A DNA stretch of 64,000 bases from a virus (Duplodnaviria; Heunggongvirae; Uroviricota; Caudoviricetes), in IMG/VR virus record IMGVR_UViG_3300020576_001727, positions 103,062 through 167,061 of that record; one strand, 5' to 3'. Shown here piece after piece: positions 19,889-28,505 of the stretch. Every line of letters starts with the position of its first letter. Position 1 is the stretch's first letter. The translations under genes and the position numbers were made by a program. The notes beneath the pieces were generated by a model. The model worked only from the letters and a program-made list of their open reading frames with translations, was not told the origin of the DNA and searched no databases.

Positions 19889-20331
19889 TGTTTGATTCTG
19901 ATTATGTGAAGAAGTGGGGCAAAGGTCCGTTTGTCACTGTTGACGTGGTTCTCTATGACACTCTCAATCGATTTTTGTTGATTCAGAGACAGGATGGCCA
20001 ATGGGCAAATCCCGGTGGGTTTGTCGAAGCCGAAGAAGAGTTGATCGACGCGGCGAAGCGCGAAATGCTTGAAGAAACAGGCGTTGATTTGGACGCGATT
20101 CATGCACGAATGCCTTATGCAGTTCATCCGTTTTCGTCTGTCAATCGTGATCCTCGCGCCAGAATCATAACGTTTGCTCATTATTTCATCGTCTTGGATT
20201 TGAATAAGATAGATTTCAAGGCGGGCGACGATGCAAAAGATGCGCGAATTTTCCGATTGGATGAAATCAAGGAAATGGATTTGTATGGCGATCATAAAAA
20301 AATTATCGCAATGGTCGATTATCTGGATTGA
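19885..20331 (+). CDS. Nudix hydrolase
   Basis: Nudix box GGFVEAEEELIDAAKREMLEETG. Confidence 0.65.
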   Translation: MMFDSDYVKKWGKGPFVTVDVVLYDTLNRFLLIQRQDGQWANPGGFVEAEEELIDAAKREMLEETGVDLDAIHARMPYAVHPFSSVNRDPRARIITFAHYFIVLDLNKIDFKAGDDAKDARIFRLDEIKEMDLYGDHKKIIAMVDYLD

Positions 20332-20393
20332 CAAACGACTCGAAATCTCCTAGATTGTTTTCGTAAAAAGAAACGACGAACTAGGAGATTTCG
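20328..20393 (+). promoter_or_regulatory. promoter TTGACA-N17-TAGATT overlapping 13-bp perfect inverted repeat (operator-like)
   Basis: cgaaatctcctag ... ctaggagatttcg read directly. Confidence 0.5.
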
Positions 20394-20396
20394 TCA

Positions 20397-20780
20397 ATGA
20401 CTGCTCTTTTCCAGACCATCTATGATGAAGCCCACAAGGCGGGCATGGACGCACTTGACGCCATGAAGCCGGTTCCCATGATCGTCGGTGATGCCGTTGG
20501 TCTTTTCGGCAACCAGATCGATCCTTCCAAGCCGACCTACTATGTCGCAGATGGCGTCTGTGGGTTCGCATGGGTGAACGTTCGGGACGGACGCAAGCCG
20601 TTTACCAAGTGGCTTGTGAAGAAGGGTTATGGTCGGAAGGACGACTATTACAAGGGCGTTACCGTTTGGGTTCGGGCTGGCAACCAGTCGATGCAGAAGA
20701 AGGAAGCCTATGCCCGGGCAATGGCTGGTGTCTTTTCCAAGTATGGAATCGATTGCTACGCTGATAGCCGGATGGATTAA
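20397..20780 (+). CDS. hypothetical protein
   Basis: ORF with RBS, follows promoter. Confidence 0.45.
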   Translation: MTALFQTIYDEAHKAGMDALDAMKPVPMIVGDAVGLFGNQIDPSKPTYYVADGVCGFAWVNVRDGRKPFTKWLVKKGYGRKDDYYKGVTVWVRAGNQSMQKKEAYARAMAGVFSKYGIDCYADSRMD

Positions 20781-20791
20781 CAAAAATCGAT

Positions 20792-20836
20792 AATGGGGAT
20801 TGACATTTGTTTTAATCCCCATTATTTTATTTTTGA
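20792..20836 (+). terminator. rho-independent terminator (10-bp stem aatggggatt/aatccccatt + T-run) with TTGACA in loop
   Basis: read directly. Confidence 0.55.
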
Positions 20837-20845
20837 AAATAAACG

Positions 20846-21304
20846 TTGCGGGACGTTATCATGTTTGGAGATAATCTGAAATGGGCTGGAAATGTCCCAT
20901 TTCGTAATGTCGAAGAAATCACGCTTTACAAGAGAGTCCTTCTCGAATATCACCATGTTTGTCAGAACGGACTTTGTTTCTATTGCGAAGAAACTTCGCC
21001 TCTGAAACCGGCTGGTTGTCCGACTCAGCCAAAGCCTTATCACGCCACTATCGAGCATCTAGAACCGGCTTCTGTCACCAAGAAAAGGTGGATTGTTGAA
21101 TCGCCTGACTTGGTTCGTAAGTGGGGAGACATTTCAATCGACAATACTGTGATGGCGTGCAAGCGTTGCAACAACAGCCGTCCGAATGAAATGAATCCTT
21201 GGGAATATAAGGCTTATGTCTTGCGCAACAAGAAGAAACAGAAAAAGCGTGAAGCCGGAAAAATTTGGTTGACAAATAATCGGATCGATGCTAGTGTTGC
21301 ATAA
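20846..21304 (+). CDS. HNH endonuclease
   Basis: CFYCEE...HATIEHLEP...CKRCNNSRPN. Confidence 0.55.
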   Translation: MRDVIMFGDNLKWAGNVPFRNVEEITLYKRVLLEYHHVCQNGLCFYCEETSPLKPAGCPTQPKPYHATIEHLEPASVTKKRWIVESPDLVRKWGDISIDNTVMACKRCNNSRPNEMNPWEYKAYVLRNKKKQKKREAGKIWLTNNRIDASVA

Positions 21305-21316
21305 ATAAACAACTAT

Positions 21317-21395
21317 GGGGGATTAGGCTAATTGGTATCGCCGGTAGTTTCAAAAACTACGCCGTTTGAGGGTTCGACTCCCTTGTTCCCTACCA
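21317..21395 (+). tRNA. tRNA, anticodon CAA (Leu-like but short variable arm)
   Basis: hand fold: acceptor gggggat/gttccct with G-U pairs, AC stem gtagt/actac loop ttcaaaa, T-loop ttcgact, CCA encoded. Confidence 0.45.
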
Positions 21396-21426
21396 ATTTT
21401 TTTTTTTGTTATGGAAAGGTCATTGT

Positions 21427-21727
21427 GATGACTTATAGACTTTTCGTTTCGCCATCCAATAGTGCTTTTGAGGAAGATTTTATCACGGTAAAGTCTTTGG
21501 AACAGGCAAAGCAGACAGTCGAGACTCTTGGATTTCCGTCTTATGTCAGTTTCGATGAAGACGCGGACTTCGGAGAAGAATTCGCGTATTGGCTTCTTGA
21601 TCTTGATATGATTTCTGATTATTGGTCATATCCGTCTCGATTTGAATGGTATGTTCATCCAAAAATGCCCATTCGAAATATGATCAATATGCAATTTGAA
21701 GGTTATAAGAAACATAAATTCAGATAA
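21427..21727 (+). CDS. hypothetical protein (internal ATG of ORF 21332..21727)
   Basis: ORF track; upstream part overlaps tRNA. Confidence 0.4.
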
Positions 21728-21730
21728 TTT

Positions 21731-21809
21731 GGGGTATTAGGCTAATTGGCATCGCCGGAACGCTTAAAACGTTCGTCGTCTGTGGGTTCGACTCCCTCAT
21801 GCCCTACCA
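21731..21809 (+). tRNA. tRNA, anticodon UAA (Leu-like, paralog of 21317)
   Basis: shares D-arm/T-arm sequence with 21317 tRNA; AC stem gaacg/cgttc loop cttaaaa. Confidence 0.45.
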
Positions 21810-21903
21810 ATATTTCTTCCTCTGTATGTGTCGGTTTGCGCAAAGCACCATTGACATTCGGTAATTTCTTTGTTATGTTGATTCCGTAATAACGGAGATA
21901 AAC

Positions 21904-22173
21904 ATGTCTGGTTATGTGAAGATTACCGAAGAGAACGTTGCCGACTATCCAGTTGGCACAATTGTCGAATTCTTTTGGGGTGCTATGTATCCCAAGGAAG
22001 AGGGAATTATCACCGGATTTGAAATTACCAAGTGGGGTGCCCATTTGGTCGCCAAGACCAATTCAGGAGATATCCATACGATCTCGGGATTTTCGTCGGT
22101 TGGTATTGGAACCTATCTGGTTAAGGTTCCGGAAACGAAGGTTAACAAGGCTTCGCCTTGGTATCGAGAATAA
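21904..22173 (+). CDS. hypothetical protein
   Basis: ORF track. Confidence 0.4.
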   Translation: MSGYVKITEENVADYPVGTIVEFFWGAMYPKEEGIITGFEITKWGAHLVAKTNSGDIHTISGFSSVGIGTYLVKVPETKVNKASPWYRE

Positions 22174-22261
22174 GGAAGGTAAAGCGAACGGGGTTCGTCC
22201 TCGCTTGGAAAGCGAGTGGTGCTGCAATACGCATGTGAGTCGGGATCACTGCCTTCCGCCA
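22174..22261 (+). tRNA. type II tRNA-Ser (anticodon GGA)
   Basis: 88 nt, acceptor ggaaggt/gccttcc, AC stem ctcgc/gcgag loop ttggaaa, long variable arm, CCA; paralog of Ser tRNAs at 30344-30622. Confidence 0.5.
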
Positions 22262-22266
22262 GAATT

Positions 22267-22362
22267 ATGAAACATAAACATCATATCATTCCTAAACATA
22301 TGGGCGGGAATGATAAAACAGAAACAAAATTTGGATTAATAATTCTCAAAAATCGAAAATGA
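22267..22362 (+). pseudogene. 31-codon remnant of HNH endonuclease N-terminus
   Basis: MKHKHHIIPKHMGGNDK resembles NHHIIPKCMGGSNDD of 28857..29498 HNH. Confidence 0.35.
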
Positions 22363-22422
22363 TTCTTAGAGAAGATTTGAACAAATATCAGGTTGATGGT
22401 TGGGCTGTTGGTAGATTAAAAC

Positions 22423-22818
22423 ATGTTGTATGTAATTCGAAAAAATGATATTAATTTAGATTGGTTCTCGGGAACTGGTCCCGGCGGACAAAACAGAAAT
22501 AAAGTAAAAAATTGTTTGCGCTTGACTCACAAGCCTTCGGGCATTAAAGTTATAGCTCAAACCAATCGAGATAGAATTTCAAATCTGAAAGAAGCTTATA
22601 TCAAGTTACAGCCTTTAGTGGCGCAATGGCTTCTAAAAGATCGGATTCAGCCGGAACGAATTGATACTGTCATACGTTCTTACAAGTTAGAAGATAATTT
22701 GGTTATTGATCATGTCTTGGGAAGACAGGAAGTCATGTTAAATCTCGATTCTATTGATCTTGATAGCTTTTTGGAAGAGAAATTGAGTCGTAATGAGCGA
22801 ACTGAAGTATTTCGATGA
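22423..22818 (+). CDS. hypothetical protein
   Basis: ORF track. Confidence 0.4.
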   Translation: MLYVIRKNDINLDWFSGTGPGGQNRNKVKNCLRLTHKPSGIKVIAQTNRDRISNLKEAYIKLQPLVAQWLLKDRIQPERIDTVIRSYKLEDNLVIDHVLGRQEVMLNLDSIDLDSFLEEKLSRNERTEVFR

Positions 22819-23230
22819 TCAGACATTCTTTCTAGATGCTGTTGATTTTGAAGAGGATGATATAAGCGACAAGGATGCAAGATGCATCCGTTTTCGTTTG
22901 GATGGTGTTGTCTATATCGCAGTTGAAGACCCTGAAGATGGATATCTTTCTTGTTTGAACGAAATTTTGATTGGTGACAAAATTACCAATCAGTTCAAAA
23001 AATGTCCGGTTCGCGGGAAATGGATTGACAAAAACGAATATGGTAGTGACTGTGACATAATTCAATTTATTGATGACTTGACAAACAAGGTTGTTTTGGA
23101 AATTGGGACGGATCATGCATACAATTACTATCCATCTTTCGTTGCCAATTTCAATCCAGAGAACATGTCGATAAATAAGAAAGCCGATGAATTGATAGAT
23201 AATGTGGTTATGAAAAACTGCTTGACATGA
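22793..23230 (+). CDS. hypothetical protein
   Basis: ORF track. Confidence 0.4.
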   Translation: MSELKYFDDQTFFLDAVDFEEDDISDKDARCIRFRLDGVVYIAVEDPEDGYLSCLNEILIGDKITNQFKKCPVRGKWIDKNEYGSDCDIIQFIDDLTNKVVLEIGTDHAYNYYPSFVANFNPENMSINKKADELIDNVVMKNCLT

Positions 23231-23266
23231 AATCGTGAGTGAGATAATATCTAGATAACAGTTAAT

Positions 23267-23350
23267 GAACCGATGACCCAAGAGGCGAAGGGCGCTGGCT
23301 TTTAACCAGTTAAACAAACACCGTGGGTTCGAGTCCCACTCGGTTCACCA
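23267..23350 (+). tRNA. tRNA-like, 84 nt, anticodon candidate UUU; irregular D-arm/long variable region
   Basis: acceptor gaaccga/tcggttc, T-arm gtgggttcgagtcccac, CCA. Confidence 0.4.
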
Positions 23351-23399
23351 ATATTAAAAGTCTCGGATCAATACGCCAATCCAAATAGAGACTTTTAAT

Positions 23400-23481
23400 G
23401 GACATGAAGTGTAAACGTCTTCGGAAGCGAAGTTGCCTCTTAAGCAACGCACAAATGGTTCGACTCCATTCATGTCCTCCA
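23400..23481 (+). tRNA. tRNA-like, anticodon candidate CUU; enlarged D region
   Basis: acceptor ggacatg/catgtcc, AC stem gttgc/gcaac loop ctcttaa, T-loop ttcgact, CCA. Confidence 0.4.
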
Positions 23482-23961
23482 ATTTTTTATATATTCTAGA
23501 ACTTTATCTTCAACAAGATATTTATATCTAGAATGCCAATATTGATGATGTGTTGGACACATTGGAATGAGATTTTCGGGAGAATTATTCGTTTTATCTT
23601 CATCAAGATGATGAACCGCTACGATATTTTCTTCCGAACAAATGACACATTTTTTGTCGTGATATTGAAAGCATGTTGAACGATAACTACTCTCTTTCCA
23701 AGCACCATTGCTGGAACCGGTTCTGAAATGTTTGTTAGAACAAGAATATCCGCATGTTGTGGATGTTTTGAAATTTTTAATTGGCTGTTCACATACAACA
23801 CAGAGCTTGATGTTAATGGGATTTAAATAACAATTGTTGTTGTGTCTCTTATAGTTTAATTTAGAAAAGAGTTTATTACAATGGTTGCATTGTATTTTTT
23901 CTTTTCCTGCGAGTCTTGCGTTTTCTAATAAAATTTTGTGAGATTCGTAATCATATGACAT
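23470..23961 (-). CDS. HNH homing endonuclease
   Basis: C-terminal VAVHHLDEDKTNNSPENLIPMCPTHH; multiple CxxC. Confidence 0.6.
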   Translation of the reverse strand: MSYDYESHKILLENARLAGKEKIQCNHCNKLFSKLNYKRHNNNCYLNPINIKLCVVCEQPIKNFKTSTTCGYSCSNKHFRTGSSNGAWKESSYRSTCFQYHDKKCVICSEENIVAVHHLDEDKTNNSPENLIPMCPTHHQYWHSRYKYLVEDKVLEYIKNWRT

Positions 23962-24003
23962 TTGATTTTCTAGCGTTGGTTGTTTGGAACGCTATTATTT
24001 AGT

Positions 24004-24074
24004 TTACGGAGCGTGGGAAAGTCTGGTAATCCGCCTGATTTGGGATCAGGAGTATCGTCGGGTTCAAGTCCCAC
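24004..24074 (+). tRNA. irregular tRNA-like element (anticodon-like hairpin UGG, GGTTCAAGTCC T-motif, acceptor does not pair canonically)
   Basis: cctga-tttggga-tcagg hairpin; gtcggg...cccgac helix; ends cca. Confidence 0.3.
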
Positions 24075-24105
24075 AGTCCCGACCAAAAATTTTTCATTTT
24101 GTCTA

Positions 24106-24134
24106 TTGACAAAGATTGAAACATGCACTATATT
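24106..24134 (+). promoter_or_regulatory. promoter TTGACA-N17-TATATT
   Basis: read directly. Confidence 0.5.
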
Positions 24135-24158
24135 CCAAATTGAGGAATGATCCTCTAG

Positions 24159-24398
24159 TTGAAACGAAAGGAAATGATCATGAAGAAGGTTTTTCTCGCA
24201 TTTGTAATGTCTCTCGCAGTCGCAAGTTCTGCATTCGCTGCTGGATTTGTCGATGGTAACGATGGTTCCAAGTATGGTGGTCCACAGCCTTGTGGTTGCA
24301 GTGGTCCTCCGTCCGGTGGTGGTGTTTCGACCGGTCCCGAAGGTGACGGTTCGGGTGCTACCGGTGGTGGTTCCGGCGAAGGCGGCAACGGTCGATAA
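24159..24398 (+). CDS. small secreted Gly-rich protein with signal peptide
   Basis: MKRKEMIMKKVFLAFVMSLAVASSAFA then G/S/P-rich. Confidence 0.45.
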   Translation: MKRKEMIMKKVFLAFVMSLAVASSAFAAGFVDGNDGSKYGGPQPCGCSGPPSGGGVSTGPEGDGSGATGGGSGEGGNGR

Positions 24399-24475
24399 TC
24401 AGAATTTTCAAACTAAGTTCCTACCGGGACGCCAAGCGCCTCGGTAGGATTTTTTTATCTAATTATGGAGATATT

Positions 24476-25456
24476 ATGTCATACGATTTTGTTTTGCCTG
24501 AAAAATTTTATGTGGCGGTTCAAGAAAGAACCGGGTTCAGCACCGATACCTTTCCTCTTGGTTTTGCTACTCATTTTGGCACAGACAAGGCTTTTGCGAA
24601 GCGAAAGGAAACTGTCGATAATTGGGCTGGAATTAACAACACTACGGAAAGCTATGTTGAAAAGGACGCCGATGGTAAAAATGTCTGGAAAAACAGACCC
24701 GCGCCAGAACACAAGGGTTTTATGACGTTTGATAACGTGCCAATTGAAGGCTTCTCGTTTGATCGAGTCGTCGCTCGATACAGAACAGACAACAAGCTTT
24801 TTCGAATTCAAGACCCGCGCGGCTTCACTCTCGAAATTTCATCGGAAAATCTTGGTGATGTTCTCCTGAATTCCTCTATTTCCAAGGGTTATTTCGTTGG
24901 TGAATATGTGTGGGCAAGAACAGCCGGAAAGAACTACCTGCTTCGAACCGATCATCCGGTTTATCTGGAATTGACCAAGACAAAAAATAAGGATGATTTG
25001 ACCATCCAAGTCGGTGATGTAATCAAATGCAAGACTGGCACTTTGAAATATTTTGGCAAATTCTATTTTGCACAAAAGAAAGAACAAACTGAATATGATT
25101 ATGGAAATGGATGGCAGAATAAGCCAGAATATTCATTTTCCTATTATAATGTAAACAGACTCAAAAGAAAAAGAAACGCGACAATCTATTCGAAGATCGA
25201 AAAGCCTCACCACGTTTTTATGCAAGTTGATGAAAATCATTATTATAAGGATCGTCTGTATCTTATGACTTCATTGCCGAAGAAATTCGACAAGACAACC
25301 ATTCCGGATGAACAATACATCAAAACGATTCTTCCAACGGATGAATGGGTTAAAACCGATAGTTGGTCAAGGGGTGATGTCAAGATTTTTGTCGATAGAA
25401 AGTCTTTGAACGAATATCCTTTGCCAGATACCGAATATCGTGATGAAAGTTCATAA
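24476..25456 (+). CDS. hypothetical protein
   Basis: ORF track, 326 aa. Confidence 0.45.
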   Translation: MSYDFVLPEKFYVAVQERTGFSTDTFPLGFATHFGTDKAFAKRKETVDNWAGINNTTESYVEKDADGKNVWKNRPAPEHKGFMTFDNVPIEGFSFDRVVARYRTDNKLFRIQDPRGFTLEISSENLGDVLLNSSISKGYFVGEYVWARTAGKNYLLRTDHPVYLELTKTKNKDDLTIQVGDVIKCKTGTLKYFGKFYFAQKKEQTEYDYGNGWQNKPEYSFSYYNVNRLKRKRNATIYSKIEKPHHVFMQVDENHYYKDRLYLMTSLPKKFDKTTIPDEQYIKTILPTDEWVKTDSWSRGDVKIFVDRKSLNEYPLPDTEYRDESS

Positions 25457-25463
25457 ATAGGGG

Positions 25464-25492
25464 TTGACATTGGTTGGCGAATCCATTATCCT
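25464..25492 (+). promoter_or_regulatory. promoter TTGACA-N17-TATCCT
   Basis: read directly. Confidence 0.4.
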
Positions 25493-25521
25493 ATTTTGGT
25501 AATAATGATTGAGGCTAACCA

Positions 25522-25911
25522 ATGCCAACAGTTCGTGAAATGGCTGCATATCTTTTCGTCACAGAATTCAAGGAAGACGAGAATGCAGAAATCGACAATA
25601 CCGAAGCGGCTCTAGCAAGAGCGAACAGTTTTTGCCTTGCTATCGAGAAGCTGGTTGGATGGCTTCCGACCTTGCCTGAAACGGCAACTGAAGAAGAAAT
25701 CCAATATGTCTACTATGAAGTAGGCAAGGAATTTTATGGAGTCGAAGGACCGGTCTTACGCCAGTTTTTCAAGGACTTCTATTTGTTGATGTTTGGAAGC
25801 GCGAATGGTCCCCGTCTTGGGATTTTCACCAAGCTTCTAGGTATTGACAAGACTGTTGAAAGAGTGCAGTATCGTATGAACGATCTGTTTTCAGTTCGCG
25901 GTATTTTTTGA
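25522..25911 (+). CDS. hypothetical protein
   Basis: ORF track. Confidence 0.4.
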   Translation: MPTVREMAAYLFVTEFKEDENAEIDNTEAALARANSFCLAIEKLVGWLPTLPETATEEEIQYVYYEVGKEFYGVEGPVLRQFFKDFYLLMFGSANGPRLGIFTKLLGIDKTVERVQYRMNDLFSVRGIF

Positions 25912-25918
25912 GTTTAAT

Positions 25919-25994
25919 GTCTGATAAGCTAACTTAGTAGAAGCGCCTGCCTGAAGAGCAGGAGGATACGGGGCGGAACCGTGATCAGACACCA
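25919..25994 (+). tRNA. tRNA-Phe (GAA), noncanonical T-loop
   Basis: acceptor gtctgat/atcagac, AC stem cctgc/gcagg loop ctgaaga, CCA. Confidence 0.5.
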
Positions 25995-25999
25995 TTTTT

Positions 26000-26073
26000 G
26001 GGTCATTAATTCAATGGGAGAATGTCTGTTTTACACACAGAATACGGCGGATCGTAACCGTCATGACCTACCA
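26000..26073 (+). tRNA. tRNA-Val (UAC)
   Basis: acceptor gggtcat/atgacct, D-stem attc/gaat, AC stem tctgt/acaga loop tttacac, CCA. Confidence 0.55.
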
Positions 26074-26077
26074 TTTT

Positions 26078-26151
26078 GCGGGCTTCGTATAATGAAAGTA
26101 TAATTGATTTCCACTCAATGGGTTAGGGTTTGATTCCCTAAGTCCGCGCCA
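26078..26151 (+). tRNA. tRNA-Gly (UCC)
   Basis: acceptor gcgggct/agtccgc, AC stem attga/tcaat loop tttccac, T-arm tagggtttgattcccta, CCA. Confidence 0.55.
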
Positions 26152-26159
26152 TTATATAA

Positions 26160-26234
26160 TCTCCCAAAGCATTGCTGGCGATGCGAGACTCTTGTAAGGT
26201 CGGGAATTCGGTTCGATTCCGGATGGGAGAACCA
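26160..26234 (+). tRNA. tRNA-Thr (UGU)
   Basis: perfect acceptor tctccca/tgggaga, D-stem gcat/atgc, loop cttgtaa, T-loop ttcgatt, CCA. Confidence 0.55.
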
Positions 26235-26235
26235 T

Positions 26236-26874
26236 TCAATAACTCTTATTTTCTGCATATCGCTGTCTTCTATATGCTCTACCATTACCTTTGTTTTTAG
26301 CTTTGTATGTATCGGTTTGGGCATCACAATTACAGCAAATATAGCGTAAATTATCAATTCGCCAATCATCCGAGTTGCCGTTGATATGATCTAAAACCAA
26401 CGGAATTGGTTTGTCATTCCAAGTTTCTCGGTTACATATTTTGCAATTATGCCCTTGTTGATTTTTAATGTAATATCTCGCTTTGACCAAACTGGGTAAA
26501 ATACCTGTTTTTTCGCTTTCTTCTATCCAAATATTTCTTTTATGTTCAATTGTGCATTTTTTAGAACAAAATTTGCCTTTGCTATATCTCAATTTATCTC
26601 CACAATTCATACAATGTGATTTTGTTTTTGGCGATAGTTGATATTTTGTATTATTTGACGATTTATTTCCTCTGTTTAAATTATTATATGTGGCTGAACA
26701 ACTTTGATTGCAAAATTTCTTATTTCTTTCCGCATATGAAAAAGAAACAAAACAGTGTTGACATTTAGTTGGATTTTGGTTATAATTCAAAATACGTAAT
26801 TTTTTCTGTTCTTGTTTGGTTTGGTTAGATGCCGCTGCTCCTAGTCTACCTCTTTCAGAATGTGATAACATCAT
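26236..26874 (-). CDS. HNH homing endonuclease with Zn-ribbon repeats
   Basis: HNCKICN...LVLDHINGNSDDWRIDNLRYICCNCDAQTD. Confidence 0.65.
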   Translation of the reverse strand: MMLSHSERGRLGAAASNQTKQEQKKLRILNYNQNPTKCQHCFVSFSYAERNKKFCNQSCSATYNNLNRGNKSSNNTKYQLSPKTKSHCMNCGDKLRYSKGKFCSKKCTIEHKRNIWIEESEKTGILPSLVKARYYIKNQQGHNCKICNRETWNDKPIPLVLDHINGNSDDWRIDNLRYICCNCDAQTDTYKAKNKGNGRAYRRQRYAENKSY

Positions 26875-26950
26875 TAGCCTTTCATTAGTTTCGAATATGT
26901 GTTAATGATATTTAGTGAATATAGAATTTTCGAATCGGAGAAATAGCTAA

Positions 26951-27586
26951 ATGACTTGTGCTTGTGAAACCTGCCCATTCGAAAATCCTCCTACAGACAA
27001 GATTTTTTACGAAATTCATGTGACAGTCGAAATGTCAGATGTCGAGAAGTTCAAATCTCTTTGTGCAGAAATCGATTCCAAGGCAATCATCATCGCTTTC
27101 GACAAAGACACGATTCCAAGTCAGTTCATGACTTCGGACAATATTCCAGACGATCTGCTTAAGACGTATGCTCGTATGTCAGAAGTCGTCAATTTCTTCA
27201 AATCCAAGGGTATCAACGTTCTTCGCAAAAAGATCGAAACCGTCCCTTGGCATCCGGACGCCAAGAAAAAGAAACTCTCCAAGAAACAATATTTCGAAAC
27301 CCATTTTGGTATCGAGTTGGCTTCCCAAGCCGAAAAGGAATTGCTGAAAAAGGAAATTCCCATTCACTGGTCGCGCAATGCGTTCAAGAAATTGGAAGAT
27401 GGCAAATTCATCCAAATGGGCACTCTTCGATTGGCAGAGTGTGGCGCAACGTATTTTCCTTTGAAAGCGCATTACAAGCGATTGATCACAGAACTTGGCT
27501 TTTGTATCAAAAAAGAAATTACCGAATTTTGTCTCTATGATTCGAATTTGGACCTTGACAAAGAATGGATGAAGAGATATGATTGA
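26951..27586 (+). CDS. hypothetical protein
   Basis: ORF track. Confidence 0.4.
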   Translation: MTCACETCPFENPPTDKIFYEIHVTVEMSDVEKFKSLCAEIDSKAIIIAFDKDTIPSQFMTSDNIPDDLLKTYARMSEVVNFFKSKGINVLRKKIETVPWHPDAKKKKLSKKQYFETHFGIELASQAEKELLKKEIPIHWSRNAFKKLEDGKFIQMGTLRLAECGATYFPLKAHYKRLITELGFCIKKEITEFCLYDSNLDLDKEWMKRYD

Positions 27587-27932
27587 CAAAATTATATTAC
27601 CCAATCTCACAGACCGAAATGGCAGAAAATATAGCCAAGAAGAGTTGGAAAAACAGCCAAAATCTGTCTATGGTTCATTGGATGCACGCGATCCTAGAGA
27701 TTTGGATACGATTAGTCATAGAATTGACAATTTAAGAGTCGAGAATGGTAATTATGTTGGAACCTTCCATTTTCTGGAAACTCCATTGGGTAAAATCGCG
27801 AAATCTTTGGTTGATTCCAAGGTGGAATTACAGACAAATATAATCGGTCTTGGAAAATTGACCAAAACAGAAGATGGATATTTGGTCGAAGATTTCACAC
27901 TTATAGGGATTAATTTGACTTATGACAATTGA
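27579..27932 (+). CDS. hypothetical protein
   Basis: ORF track. Confidence 0.4.
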   Translation: MIDKIILPNLTDRNGRKYSQEELEKQPKSVYGSLDARDPRDLDTISHRIDNLRVENGNYVGTFHFLETPLGKIAKSLVDSKVELQTNIIGLGKLTKTEDGYLVEDFTLIGINLTYDN

Positions 27933-28182
27933 TATCAAGAATGCCGTCAAAGACGGAAAGAGAGTTCGATTCGCCTATTATTTCGACGGTGATCTTTGGT
28001 ATCAGACAGAAGATAAGGAACTTTTTCCGGTTCCAATCGCTGATATCGGAAACGCAACTTTCCTGAATGAAGACAAGGCAATTCTGTTCATGCGATATAT
28101 GCGCAAGTGGAACAAATCCTTGGCTGACTTGAACCGGAAGAGACGGGCTTTGAACGAGTATGGCCAAAATTCTATCGTATGA
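27922..28182 (+). CDS. hypothetical protein
   Basis: ORF track. Confidence 0.35.
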   Translation: MTIDIKNAVKDGKRVRFAYYFDGDLWYQTEDKELFPVPIADIGNATFLNEDKAILFMRYMRKWNKSLADLNRKRRALNEYGQNSIV

Positions 28183-28193
28183 GGAAGTGAAAG

Positions 28194-28448
28194 ATGGCAA
28201 GATTTAACAGTGAAGATTATTCGACTCATGCCTTGATGGCAGAATTGAATCAGTATCTTGATATTATTGACGAAAAACCCGTTTCCTTTAGTAAAGATGA
28301 TATTGCTTTGGCTAAAAAGGTGAGAATGCAAATTCAAACCATGTCTTTCGCCAAGCTTTGCGGTATGTTGGGATTCTTTCAATCACTTTTCCATTACCAT
28401 AAGGATTTTAAGGGAAAGCAGATTTTTCATCACGATTGGGATAACTAG
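28194..28448 (+). CDS. hypothetical protein
   Basis: ORF track. Confidence 0.35.
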   Translation: MARFNSEDYSTHALMAELNQYLDIIDEKPVSFSKDDIALAKKVRMQIQTMSFAKLCGMLGFFQSLFHYHKDFKGKQIFHHDWDN

Positions 28449-28505
28449 TTGACAATCCCTAGAATCATGCTATGTTAAGGCAAGATCGAAACAGGAGATT
28501 TTGTC

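Noticed and set aside
21332-21727. Full-length ORF 21332..21727 (131 aa)
   Set aside because: Its first 60 nt overlap a well-formed tRNA on the same strand; an internal ATG at 21427 gives a more plausible start.
21938-22270. ORF 21938..22270 (+)
   Set aside because: Overlaps 21904..22173 in another frame and covers the tRNA-Ser(GGA) gene; likely spurious.
23997-24074. Considered calling a standard tRNA-Pro here
   Set aside because: Could not build a 7-bp acceptor helix; kept only as an irregular tRNA-like element with low confidence.
24155-24447. Minus ORF 24155..24388 and plus ORF 24247..24447 (Pro/Val-rich)
   Set aside because: Alternative frames of the Gly-rich secreted protein gene 24159..24398, which has a proper signal peptide, promoter and RBS.
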